DNA of 63,199 nucleotides from Lachnospiraceae bacterium (GTDB lineage Bacteria > Bacillota > Clostridia > Lachnospirales > Lachnospiraceae): assembly GCA_017633935.1 (NCBI GenBank), contig JAGBOJ010000008.1:1-63199 (forward strand). Direction: 5' to 3'. The notes below the pieces were generated by a model. That model was not told the DNA's origin and did not search any database. It saw nothing but the letters and a program-made list of their open reading frames with translations. The translations under genes and the position numbers were made by a program. Within the stretch, counting starts at the first letter, position 1; every line of letters begins with the position of its first letter. Shown piece by piece: positions 38,404 through 47,199 of this stretch.

Positions 38404-39345
38404 ATGGGGAAAAGTGTTGACGCGGTCATACTCACATATAAGCCGGGACAGGAATTTATCGAGGTGTTGCGGCGGCTTGAAGAGCAGAAGACAGGCTTTG
38501 ACAAAATAATAATAATGAATACCGAAGAAGCTCTTTTTGACCGGAACTGCCGCGATGCGGTTTCGGCATACAAAAATGCGGAGGTGCATCATATCACCAA
38601 GAGAAGCTTCAATCACGGCGGCACGAGGGACGAGGCGGCAGCCTGTTCGGATTCGGATTATATTGTATTTATGACCATGGATGCCCTTCCGGCAGACAGA
38701 GAGCTTACGGAAAGACTCATAGAGCCGATGGAAAGAGACGATGTTGCCGTTTCTTATGCAAGGCAGCTTCCCAAAAAAGGGTGCGGAGCGATAGAGACTT
38801 ATAACAGGTCATTTAATTATCCCGACGGCGATATCATAAAGGGAAAGGATGATATTAAAAGACTGGGTATAAAGACCTTTTTCTGTTCCAATGTCTGTGC
38901 GTGCTATAAGCGGAGCGTATTTGACGAGCTGGGCGGATTTACGGATGACACCTTGTTTAATGAGGATATGATATATGCATCCAAAGCGGTTAAGGCAGGC
39001 TATAAGATATATTATGCATCCAAGGCAAGGGTCTACCATTCCCATGATTATACGATAAAGCAGCAGTATCACAGGAACTTCGATCTGGGCTTTTCCCAGG
39101 CCGAGCACCCCGAGGTATTTGAGGGGATCTCCTCGGAAAGCGAGGGGATGAAGCTTGTAAAGGGCAGTACAAAATATCTGCTGGAAAACGGAAAGCTGTA
39201 TCTGCTGCCTGAATTTATCATTAAATGTGCGGCGAGATATCTGGGATACAGAAAGGGAAAGAACTATAAAAAGCTTTCAAAAGAGAAAATACTTAGGTTA
39301 ACGACCGATCCTGATTATTTTTTGAACAGATGGAACAGGCAGTGA
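38404..39345 (+). CDS. GT2 glycosyltransferase (RfbN-like rhamnosyltransferase)
   Basis: FNHGGTR, MTMDA, SYARQLP, FCSNVCA, NEDM and VYHSH. Confidence 0.85.
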   Translation: MGKSVDAVILTYKPGQEFIEVLRRLEEQKTGFDKIIIMNTEEALFDRNCRDAVSAYKNAEVHHITKRSFNHGGTRDEAAACSDSDYIVFMTMDALPADRELTERLIEPMERDDVAVSYARQLPKKGCGAIETYNRSFNYPDGDIIKGKDDIKRLGIKTFFCSNVCACYKRSVFDELGGFTDDTLFNEDMIYASKAVKAGYKIYYASKARVYHSHDYTIKQQYHRNFDLGFSQAEHPEVFEGISSESEGMKLVKGSTKYLLENGKLYLLPEFIIKCAARYLGYRKGKNYKKLSKEKILRLTTDPDYFLNRWNRQ

Positions 39346-39363
39346 AAGATAAGGGAGGTTTTT

Positions 39364-41190
39364 ATGTGCGGAATAGTTGGTTATATAGGTAACAGACCGG
39401 CAGCGCCGATAGTACTCGACGGACTTGCAAAGCTTGAATACAGAGGCTATGATTCGGCGGGAATAGCTGTATTTGACGGCGATAAGATAAATGTGGTAAA
39501 GACGGCGGGGAGGCTTAAAGCCCTGGAGGAGCTTACACACGACGGTCAGACGACTCCCGGCTTTGTCGGCATAGGCCATACCCGGTGGGCAACACACGGG
39601 GCTCCCAACGATACCAATGCGCATCCCCATTTTAACGAGCAGGAGACTATCGCGGTCGTACATAACGGTATCATAGAAAATTATACGCAGATAAAGGAAA
39701 AGCTTGTAAACAAAGGCTATCATTTTGCTTCCGACACCGATACGGAGGTGCTTGTACAGCTCATAGATTATTATTATAAGGGAAATCCTCTTGAGGCGAT
39801 CACGAAGGTAATGCACAGGGTGGAGGGATCGTATGCCCTCGGCATCATGTTTGCCGATCATCCCGAAAATGTATACGCTGTCAGAAAGGACAGCCCGCTT
39901 GTGGTCGGAAAGTCTGACGAGGGCTGCTTTATAGCCTCCGACGTGCCTGCAATACTTAAATATACCAGAGATATCTATTTTATAGACAATCAGGAAGTGG
40001 TCGTGCTTGAGCAGGGCAATGTCAGATTCTACTCGGTCGATGAGGAGGAGATCAAAAAGGAATCCACACACATAGAGTGGGATGCCGAGGCTGTGGCAAA
40101 GGGCGGCTATGAGCATTTTATGATGAAGGAGATGCATGAACAGCCCAAAGCGGTTAAGGAGACCTTTGAAAAGCATTTAAATGGAAACGAGATAGTGGTT
40201 GACGAGCTTAAGCTTTCGGATGATGAGATAAGGGCATTGAAGAAGATACATATCGTTGCCTGCGGAACAGCCTATCACGCGGGAATAGCGGCAAAATATA
40301 TCATAGAAAAGATGGCGCGTGTGCCGGTAGAGGTGGATACGGCATCCGAATTCAGATACCGTGATCCGATAATCGAAGAGGGAGCTCTTGTCATAGTCAT
40401 ATCACAGTCGGGCGAGACTGCGGATACCTTGCAAGCGTTAAGAGACTCCAAGAAAAAAGGCGCAAATGTAATGGCGATAGTGAATGTGGTGGGTTCCTCC
40501 ATCGCGCGTGAAGCCGACAGCGTGATGTATACGTGGGCCGGACCGGAGATCGCGGTGGCTTCAACCAAGGCTTATTCGGCCCAGCTTATAGCACTTTATC
40601 TGATCGCAATGAAATTTGCCAGGGCAAGAAGCACGGTATCGGAGGAGGAATTTATAAACATACTTACCGACCTTAAAAAGCTTCCGGATCAGATAGAACT
40701 CCTTCTCGGAAATAAGGAACGGATACAGAGATTTGCGAACCGCTATGTAGGAGCGAAGAGTATATTTTTCATCGGGAGGGGTCTTGATTACTCCCTGTCT
40801 CTTGAAGGCTCGCTCAAGTTAAAGGAAATCTCATATGTTCACTCCGAAGGGTATGCCGCCGGAGAGCTGAAGCACGGTCCGATATCCCTTATCGAAGAGG
40901 GAACACTGGTAATGGCTGCTCTTACACAGGAAGATCTTTACGCAAAGACGGTCAGCAACATCAAAGAGGTCAAAGCCAGAGGAGCGTTCGTTCTGGCTCT
41001 TACCAATACCGGTCATTCGGATATTGAGGATACGGCGGATTATGTTATTTATATTCCGGTAACAAACAGATATTTCACGAATTCTCTTGCCATAATCCCC
41101 CTGCAGCTGTTTGCTTACTATGTGGCTGTCGGAAAGGGATGTGATGTGGATAAACCGAGAAATCTGGCAAAATCCGTGACAGTGGAATAA
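39364..41190 (+). CDS. glmS: Glutamine--fructose-6-phosphate aminotransferase
   Basis: MCGIVG, LEYRGYDSAG, HTRWATHG, SQSGETAD and PRNLAKSVTVE. Confidence 0.97.
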   Translation: MCGIVGYIGNRPAAPIVLDGLAKLEYRGYDSAGIAVFDGDKINVVKTAGRLKALEELTHDGQTTPGFVGIGHTRWATHGAPNDTNAHPHFNEQETIAVVHNGIIENYTQIKEKLVNKGYHFASDTDTEVLVQLIDYYYKGNPLEAITKVMHRVEGSYALGIMFADHPENVYAVRKDSPLVVGKSDEGCFIASDVPAILKYTRDIYFIDNQEVVVLEQGNVRFYSVDEEEIKKESTHIEWDAEAVAKGGYEHFMMKEMHEQPKAVKETFEKHLNGNEIVVDELKLSDDEIRALKKIHIVACGTAYHAGIAAKYIIEKMARVPVEVDTASEFRYRDPIIEEGALVIVISQSGETADTLQALRDSKKKGANVMAIVNVVGSSIAREADSVMYTWAGPEIAVASTKAYSAQLIALYLIAMKFARARSTVSEEEFINILTDLKKLPDQIELLLGNKERIQRFANRYVGAKSIFFIGRGLDYSLSLEGSLKLKEISYVHSEGYAAGELKHGPISLIEEGTLVMAALTQEDLYAKTVSNIKEVKARGAFVLALTNTGHSDIEDTADYVIYIPVTNRYFTNSLAIIPLQLFAYYVAVGKGCDVDKPRNLAKSVTVE

Positions 41191-41247
41191 GGACAGGCTG
41201 CCGGATTTGGATTTAAGAAATATTTAAGAAATATTTTAGATTTTTTA

Positions 41248-41297
41248 TTGACATTTTTTGAAATGGTATTATTATATAGAAGTTAGATTTAACTAAC
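41248..41297 (+). promoter_or_regulatory. feo promoter with a palindromic operator GTTAG-N6-CTAAC
   Basis: TTGACA at 41248-41253, TATTAT at 41270-41275, palindrome at 41282-41297; a second copy at 41549-41564. Confidence 0.6.
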
Positions 41298-41316
41298 GTA
41301 ATTTTGGAGGAAAAGA

Positions 41317-41529
41317 ATGACACTTAACGATGCTGAGCCCGGAAAAGAATATGTTATAAAGGATGTAAATACCGGAAATGACGAGGAAATGAAAAGCTTT
41401 TTATTCTCTCTGGGATGCTACAGCGGAGAGAGGATCACGGTAGTGGATAAGAAGCGAAATCTTGTTGTTTCTATAAAGGATGCCAGATACAACATAGACA
41501 GTGATCTTGCTTCGGCAATAGAGATATAG
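41317..41529 (+). CDS. feoA: Ferrous iron transport protein A
   Basis: 70-aa SH3-like protein (FLFSLGCYSGERI) directly upstream of feoB; GGAGG SD. Confidence 0.9.
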   Translation: MTLNDAEPGKEYVIKDVNTGNDEEMKSFLFSLGCYSGERITVVDKKRNLVVSIKDARYNIDSDLASAIEI

Positions 41530-41616
41530 CTTATATTTTTATCATCCGGTTAGCAATGGCTAATCAACATGAAGCGGCAGACCGGAATCATGAAACATTT
41601 AATAGGAGGAAGCACA

Positions 41617-43608
41617 ATGAGAATCGCACTGACAGGTAATCCCAACAGCGGAAAAACAACCATGTACAACGCGCTGACGGGACGCAATGAAAAGATCGGA
41701 AACTGGGCCGGAGTTACGGTGGACAAAAAAGAAAGCCCGATAAAGAAGATCTATAATGACAGCGGCAAGGAGCTTATCGCGGTAGATCTTCCGGGGGCAT
41801 ATTCGATGTCACCCTTTACATCAGAGGAGAGCATCACCAGCGGATATGTAAAAAACGAGCATCCCGACGCGATAATAAATATCGTGGATGAGACAAATCT
41901 GAGCAGGAGCCTTTTTTTCACAACGCAGCTTTTAGAGCTTGGGATTCCCGTGGTGGTTGCACTCAATAAGGATGATGTAAACGAGAAAAAAGGAAATACC
42001 GTGGATATTGAAAAGCTTTCGCAAAAGCTGGGATGTCCCGTCATCAAAACCGTATCGACCACGGACAAAGGCTTAAAGGAGGTTGTAGCGACCGCAGCCG
42101 CTTTAGAAGGCAAAGGTCAGAAGGCACCTTACACACAGGGCAATGTGGACCTGCACAGCAAGGAGGCTGTTGAAGCCGCGGACAGAAAGAGATTTGATTT
42201 CGTAAACGGTATCGTAAAGGAAACGGAGGACAGAAAAGTCCTTACAAAAGAGAAGAATAAGGGTGACGCAATAGACAAGGTGTTAACGCATCCCATACTG
42301 GGAATCCTTATATTCGCAGCGATAATGTTTCTGGTATTTTATATAAGCCAGACCACTGTAGGCACATGGCTTGCCGATCTCTTGGTGGGCTGGATAGAGT
42401 CTTTCCAGGGATGGGTCGGAGGAAAGCTTGAAAATGCAAATCCTCTGCTCTATGCGCTTTTGGTTGACGGTATCATAGGAGGAGTCGGAGCTGTCGTGGG
42501 ATTCCTGCCTCTTGTAATGGTGATGTATTTCCTCATAGCGCTGCTTGAGGACTGCGGATATATGTCAAGAGCAACGGTTCTTCTTGATCCGATATTTAAG
42601 AAGGTGGGTCTTTCCGGAAAATCGGTCATTCCCATGATCATAGGAACCGGATGCGGCATACCTGCCATAATGGCCTGCCGTACGATAAGAAACGAGCGCG
42701 AACGCCGGTCAACGGCAATGCTTGCAACCTTTATGCCGTGCGGCGCAAAGCTTCCTGTTATAGCTCTTTTTGCGGGAGCATTCTTCCCTGAGTCAAAATG
42801 GGTGAGCTTCGTGTGCTATATGCTCGGTATAGTGCTCGTTCTTCTGGGTGCTCTGCTTATAAAAGCGGTGACGGGCATGAAGTACCGCAAGTCCTTCTTT
42901 ATAATAGAGCTTCCCGAATATAAGGTACCGAGCCTTAAGTTTGCGGTAAAGTCAATGCTTGAAAGAGGCAAAGCTTATATTATAAAGGCCGGAACGATAA
43001 TTCTGGTCTGCAACACGGTCGTACAGATAATGCAGAGCTTCAACTGGAGATTTGAGGTTGTTGAAGAGGGAATGGAGAGCACTTCGATCCTTGCGGGGAT
43101 CGCGGGACCTTTCTCGTATCTGCTCATCCCCGTAGTGGGAATCGCTTCGTGGCAGCTTGCAGCCGCAGCCATTACGGGCTTTATCGCAAAGGAAAATGTG
43201 GTGGGAACGATAGCCACGGTATTTGCGATCACGAATTTTATCGATACGGAAGAGCTTGCACTGGTAGGCGACGGAAATCCGGTTGCGGCAGTAATGGGTA
43301 TAACAAAGGCCGCTGCGCTTGCGTATCTTATGTTTAATCTTTATACACCGCCCTGTTTTGCAGCACTCGGAGCAATGAATTCCGAAATGAAATCGGCAAA
43401 ATGGCTGTGGGGTGCTATCGGACTGCAGCTTGCAACGGGATTTACGGTAGGATTCCTTGTATATCAGTTCGGCACACTCTTTACGACAGGGGCATTTGGT
43501 GCGGGATTTGCCGGAGGACTTGTTGCAATAATATGCTTTGCTGCCATAATAACAGGCATAAGCCTTAAAAATCAGAAAAAGATGGCACTGGAGTATCAGT
43601 TGGACTGA
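41617..43608 (+). CDS. feoB: Ferrous iron transporter B
   Basis: GNPNSGKT, GNWAGVTV, DLPG, NKDD, LEDCGYM, AKENVV and YTPPC. Start at ATG 41617 after AGGAGGA. Confidence 0.95.
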   Translation: MRIALTGNPNSGKTTMYNALTGRNEKIGNWAGVTVDKKESPIKKIYNDSGKELIAVDLPGAYSMSPFTSEESITSGYVKNEHPDAIINIVDETNLSRSLFFTTQLLELGIPVVVALNKDDVNEKKGNTVDIEKLSQKLGCPVIKTVSTTDKGLKEVVATAAALEGKGQKAPYTQGNVDLHSKEAVEAADRKRFDFVNGIVKETEDRKVLTKEKNKGDAIDKVLTHPILGILIFAAIMFLVFYISQTTVGTWLADLLVGWIESFQGWVGGKLENANPLLYALLVDGIIGGVGAVVGFLPLVMVMYFLIALLEDCGYMSRATVLLDPIFKKVGLSGKSVIPMIIGTGCGIPAIMACRTIRNERERRSTAMLATFMPCGAKLPVIALFAGAFFPESKWVSFVCYMLGIVLVLLGALLIKAVTGMKYRKSFFIIELPEYKVPSLKFAVKSMLERGKAYIIKAGTIILVCNTVVQIMQSFNWRFEVVEEGMESTSILAGIAGPFSYLLIPVVGIASWQLAAAAITGFIAKENVVGTIATVFAITNFIDTEELALVGDGNPVAAVMGITKAAALAYLMFNLYTPPCFAALGAMNSEMKSAKWLWGAIGLQLATGFTVGFLVYQFGTLFTTGAFGAGFAGGLVAIICFAAIITGISLKNQKKMALEYQLD

Positions 43609-43634
43609 CGGCTTTTTAAGAAAGGTGCATTTGT

Positions 43635-43808
43635 ATGAGCTCAGCAGCAGCCAATATAATAGTTATACTGATACTGGCGATAGTTATCTTTGCAGCCTGT
43701 CGTTACATATACAGGGAAAAACGCAAAGGTACACATTGTATAGGCTGTCCGATGGCGGGTAACTGCCATAAAGCGATTTCGGAATGCGCAAATAAGGCAA
43801 AACGATAA
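43635..43808 (+). CDS. FeoB-associated Cys-rich membrane protein (57 aa, absent from the ORF track)
   Basis: Hand translation MSSAAANIIVILILAIVIFAACRYIYREKRKGTHCIGCPMAGNCHKAISECANKAKR*: one TM plus CxxC-x5-C; AAAGGTG SD. Confidence 0.85.
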   Translation: MSSAAANIIVILILAIVIFAACRYIYREKRKGTHCIGCPMAGNCHKAISECANKAKR

Positions 43809-43818
43809 TAAAAAAGAG

Positions 43819-43870
43819 AACAGGCATTTTTGTGCGGACACTCCGGTGCCGTCAGAAATGCCTGTTTTTA
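43819..43870 (+). terminator. Terminator of the feo operon
   Basis: AACAGGCATTT / AAATGCCTGTT stem followed by a T run. Confidence 0.55.
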
Positions 43871-44031
43871 CGTGCCTAAACCGGGGTTTAAGAGTTACAA
43901 TTCAGCATCTTGTAATTTGATCTATAAATTGGTATCATACATTAGTGTGTCATTTTCCGACTACACATTTTCACAAAGTATAGCTGATCGGAAAGAGCCG
44001 CACTGGTGTGTTTTTTTACGGAGGAGCTTGA

Positions 44032-47000
44032 ATGTACGAAAAGGTCAACACGGATTTAAATTTTGCGGAGAGAGAAAAAGAAGTCGAAAAATTCTGGAAG
44101 GATAACGATATATTTGTCAAGTCCATGGAAAACAGGAAGGGATGTGACACCTATACCTTTTATGACGGTCCGCCGACTGCAAACGGCAAACCGCATATAG
44201 GTCACGTACTTACCCGTGTCATAAAGGATATGATCCCCAGATACCGCACAATGAAGGGTTATTATGTGCCCAGAAAAGCCGGCTGGGATACCCACGGACT
44301 GCCTGTTGAGCTTGAGGTGGAAAAGAAGCTCGGACTTGACGGAAAGGAGCAGATCGAGAAATACGGTCTGGAGCCTTTTATCGCGGAATGTAAGGAGTCA
44401 GTGTGGAAATATAAGGGTATGTGGGAGGATTTTTCATCTACCGTCGGATTCTGGGCGGATATGGATGATCCCTATGTTACCTATGAAGACGATTATATAG
44501 AATCCGAGTGGTGGGCGTTAAAATCCATATGGGATAAGGGACTGCTCTATAAAGGCTTTAAGATAGTACCCTACTGCCCGCGCTGCGGCACGCCTCTTTC
44601 ATCCCATGAGGTGGCGCAGGGATACAAGAGCGTAAAGGAAAGATCTGCTATAGCCAGATTTAAGGTAAAGGGAGAAGATGCATATATTCTGGCGTGGACC
44701 ACAACACCGTGGACACTCCCTTCAAACACCGCGCTCTGCGTAAATCCCGATGTTACATATATAAAGGTAAAAACAAAGGACGGATATACATATTATCTTG
44801 CAGAGGCTCTGGCCGAAAAGGTTCTTGATACGGAGGAGACGGCACCTTATGAGGTGCTTGAGACCTACAGGGGAACGGAGCTTTGCGGAAAGGAATATGA
44901 AGCTCTCTTTGAATGCTCCGCAAAAGAAGCCGAAAAGCAGCATAAAAAGGCTCATTATGTGGTTGCGGACGGATATGTCACGACAGAGGACGGTACCGGA
45001 GTTGTACATATAGCCCCTGCATTCGGTGAGGATGACGCAAGAGTCGGAAGACAGAATGACCTGCCGCTCGTCCAGTTTGTGGATGATAAGGGAAACATGA
45101 CAAAGGAGACTCCGTTTGCAGGCAAGTTTGTGAAGGATGCCGATAAGGATGTACTTGTCGATCTTGAAAAAAGAGGGCTTTTATTCTCAGCACCGAAGTT
45201 TGAGCATGATTATCCGTTCTGCTGGCGCTGTGATACGCCGCTCATCTATTATGCAAGGGAATCATGGTTCATAAAGATGACTGAGGTCCGGGATGCCATG
45301 ATAAGGAATAATGAGCAGATAAACTGGATACCTCCGACGATAGGAAGCGGAAGATTCGGGGAGTGGCTTAAAAACCTTCAGGACTGGGCCGTGTCAAGAA
45401 ACCGTTATTGGGGGACGCCCCTTAATATCTGGGAGTGTCCGGATTGCGGAAACAGGCAGTCCATCGGTTCAAGAGAGGAATTATATAAATTAAGCGGCAA
45501 TGAAAAGGCAAAGACAGTCGAGCTTCACAGGCCGTTCATAGATGAGATAACAATAAAATGCGATAAATGCGGGGGTACGATGAAGAGAGTGCCCGAGGTC
45601 ATAGACTGCTGGTTTGATTCGGGTGCAATGCCCTTTGCGCAGCATCATTATCCGTTTGAGAATGAAGAGCTGTTCAAGAGCCAGTATCCCGCTTCGTTCA
45701 TAAGCGAAGCAGTTGACCAGACGAGAGGATGGTTTTACTCACTGTTGGCTGAAAGCACACTGTTATTTGATTCACCCTGCTATAAAAACGTTATAGTGCT
45801 GGGACTTGTACAGGATGCGGACGGACAGAAGATGAGTAAGTCAAAGGGAAATGCGGTAGATCCTTTTGAGGCTCTTAAAAAATTCGGTGCGGATGCGATA
45901 AGGTGGTATTTCTACATCAATTCGGCACCCTGGCTTCCAAACAGATTTCATGACGATGCTGTAGTCGAGGGACAGAGAAAGTTTATGGGAACCCTTTGGA
46001 ACACCTATGCTTTCTTTGTACTCTATGCCAATATAGACGGTTTTGATGCCACAAAATATACACTTAAAAAGGACAGCCTTTCGGTAATGGACAGGTGGAT
46101 ACTGTCAAAGCTCAATTCCTGCGTTAAGGAAACGGATGACGATCTGGATAAGTACAGGATCACCGAGGCCGCAAAGTGCCTGCAGGATTTTGTGGATGAC
46201 CTCAGCAACTGGTATGTCAGGAGATGCCGTGAGAGATTCTGGGCAAAAGGTATGGAGCAGGATAAGATAAATGCATATATGACGCTCTACACCTGCCTTG
46301 TAACGATCTCAAAGGCAGCAGCGCCTATGGTACCGTTTCTGACGGAGGAGATATATCAGAATCTTGTGCGCAGCATAGATAAGAGCGCTCCGGAATCCAT
46401 TCATCTTACCGATTATCCGGAATGTGATATGTCACTTATAGATGAAGAGCTTTCAAAAGCGATGGATGAGGTGCTCAGTATCGTCGTACTCGGAAGAGCC
46501 GCAAGAAATGCCTGCAATATAAAGAACCGTCAGCCCATCGCAAAGATGTATGTTAAGGCGGATGAGGAGCTTACGGACTATTATAAGGAAATAATAGAGG
46601 ATGAGCTGAATGTAAAAGAGGTTGAATTCAGGGATGATGTGGGCAGCTTTACAAGCTACAGCTTTAAGCCCCAGTTAAGGACGGTCGGACCCAAATACGG
46701 CAAGGTGCTGAATAAGATCAGGGAGGTGCTTTCGGGACTTAACGGAAAAGAGGCTATGGCAAAGCTTGAAAGCGAAGGAAAGATCAGCTTTGATGCCGAC
46801 GGAACGGATGTCGAGCTTACAAAGGAGGATCTTCTCATAGAAGTGACCAGCGAGGAAGGCTTTGTGGAGCAGTCCGACCACGGCATCACGGTAGTGCTTG
46901 ATACAAACCTCACGGAAGAGCTCGTAGAAGAGGGCTTTGTAAGAGAGCTTATCTCAAAGATCCAGAATATGCGCAAGGAAGCGGGATTTGAAGTGATGGA

Positions 47001-47178
47001 TAAGATCATCGTTTATTCGGATGGAAACGATAAGCTTGCCGGATACCTTGATAAGAACAGGGACTTTGTACTTAAAGAAGTAATGGCGGATGAGATCGTA
47101 TCCGGCACTACGGAAGGCTATATAAAGGAATGGGATATTAACGGGCAAAAGGTTACTTTAGGTGTCAGGAAAAAGTAA
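44032..47178 (+). CDS. ileS: Isoleucine--tRNA ligase (type 2)
   Basis: YDGPPTANG, HIGH, GWDTHGLPVE, WTTTPWTLP, DQTRGWF and KMSKS; 1048 aa with an IleRS2-type C-terminus. Confidence 0.96.
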   Translation: MYEKVNTDLNFAEREKEVEKFWKDNDIFVKSMENRKGCDTYTFYDGPPTANGKPHIGHVLTRVIKDMIPRYRTMKGYYVPRKAGWDTHGLPVELEVEKKLGLDGKEQIEKYGLEPFIAECKESVWKYKGMWEDFSSTVGFWADMDDPYVTYEDDYIESEWWALKSIWDKGLLYKGFKIVPYCPRCGTPLSSHEVAQGYKSVKERSAIARFKVKGEDAYILAWTTTPWTLPSNTALCVNPDVTYIKVKTKDGYTYYLAEALAEKVLDTEETAPYEVLETYRGTELCGKEYEALFECSAKEAEKQHKKAHYVVADGYVTTEDGTGVVHIAPAFGEDDARVGRQNDLPLVQFVDDKGNMTKETPFAGKFVKDADKDVLVDLEKRGLLFSAPKFEHDYPFCWRCDTPLIYYARESWFIKMTEVRDAMIRNNEQINWIPPTIGSGRFGEWLKNLQDWAVSRNRYWGTPLNIWECPDCGNRQSIGSREELYKLSGNEKAKTVELHRPFIDEITIKCDKCGGTMKRVPEVIDCWFDSGAMPFAQHHYPFENEELFKSQYPASFISEAVDQTRGWFYSLLAESTLLFDSPCYKNVIVLGLVQDADGQKMSKSKGNAVDPFEALKKFGADAIRWYFYINSAPWLPNRFHDDAVVEGQRKFMGTLWNTYAFFVLYANIDGFDATKYTLKKDSLSVMDRWILSKLNSCVKETDDDLDKYRITEAAKCLQDFVDDLSNWYVRRCRERFWAKGMEQDKINAYMTLYTCLVTISKAAAPMVPFLTEEIYQNLVRSIDKSAPESIHLTDYPECDMSLIDEELSKAMDEVLSIVVLGRAARNACNIKNRQPIAKMYVKADEELTDYYKEIIEDELNVKEVEFRDDVGSFTSYSFKPQLRTVGPKYGKVLNKIREVLSGLNGKEAMAKLESEGKISFDADGTDVELTKEDLLIEVTSEEGFVEQSDHGITVVLDTNLTEELVEEGFVRELISKIQNMRKEAGFEVMDKIIVYSDGNDKLAGYLDKNRDFVLKEVMADEIVSGTTEGYIKEWDINGQKVTLGVRKK

Positions 47179-47199
47179 ATTTCAAAAAAGGAGAGGCAA

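Noticed and set aside
39298-40176. 292-aa minus-strand ORF
   Set aside because: Antisense shadow of glmS.
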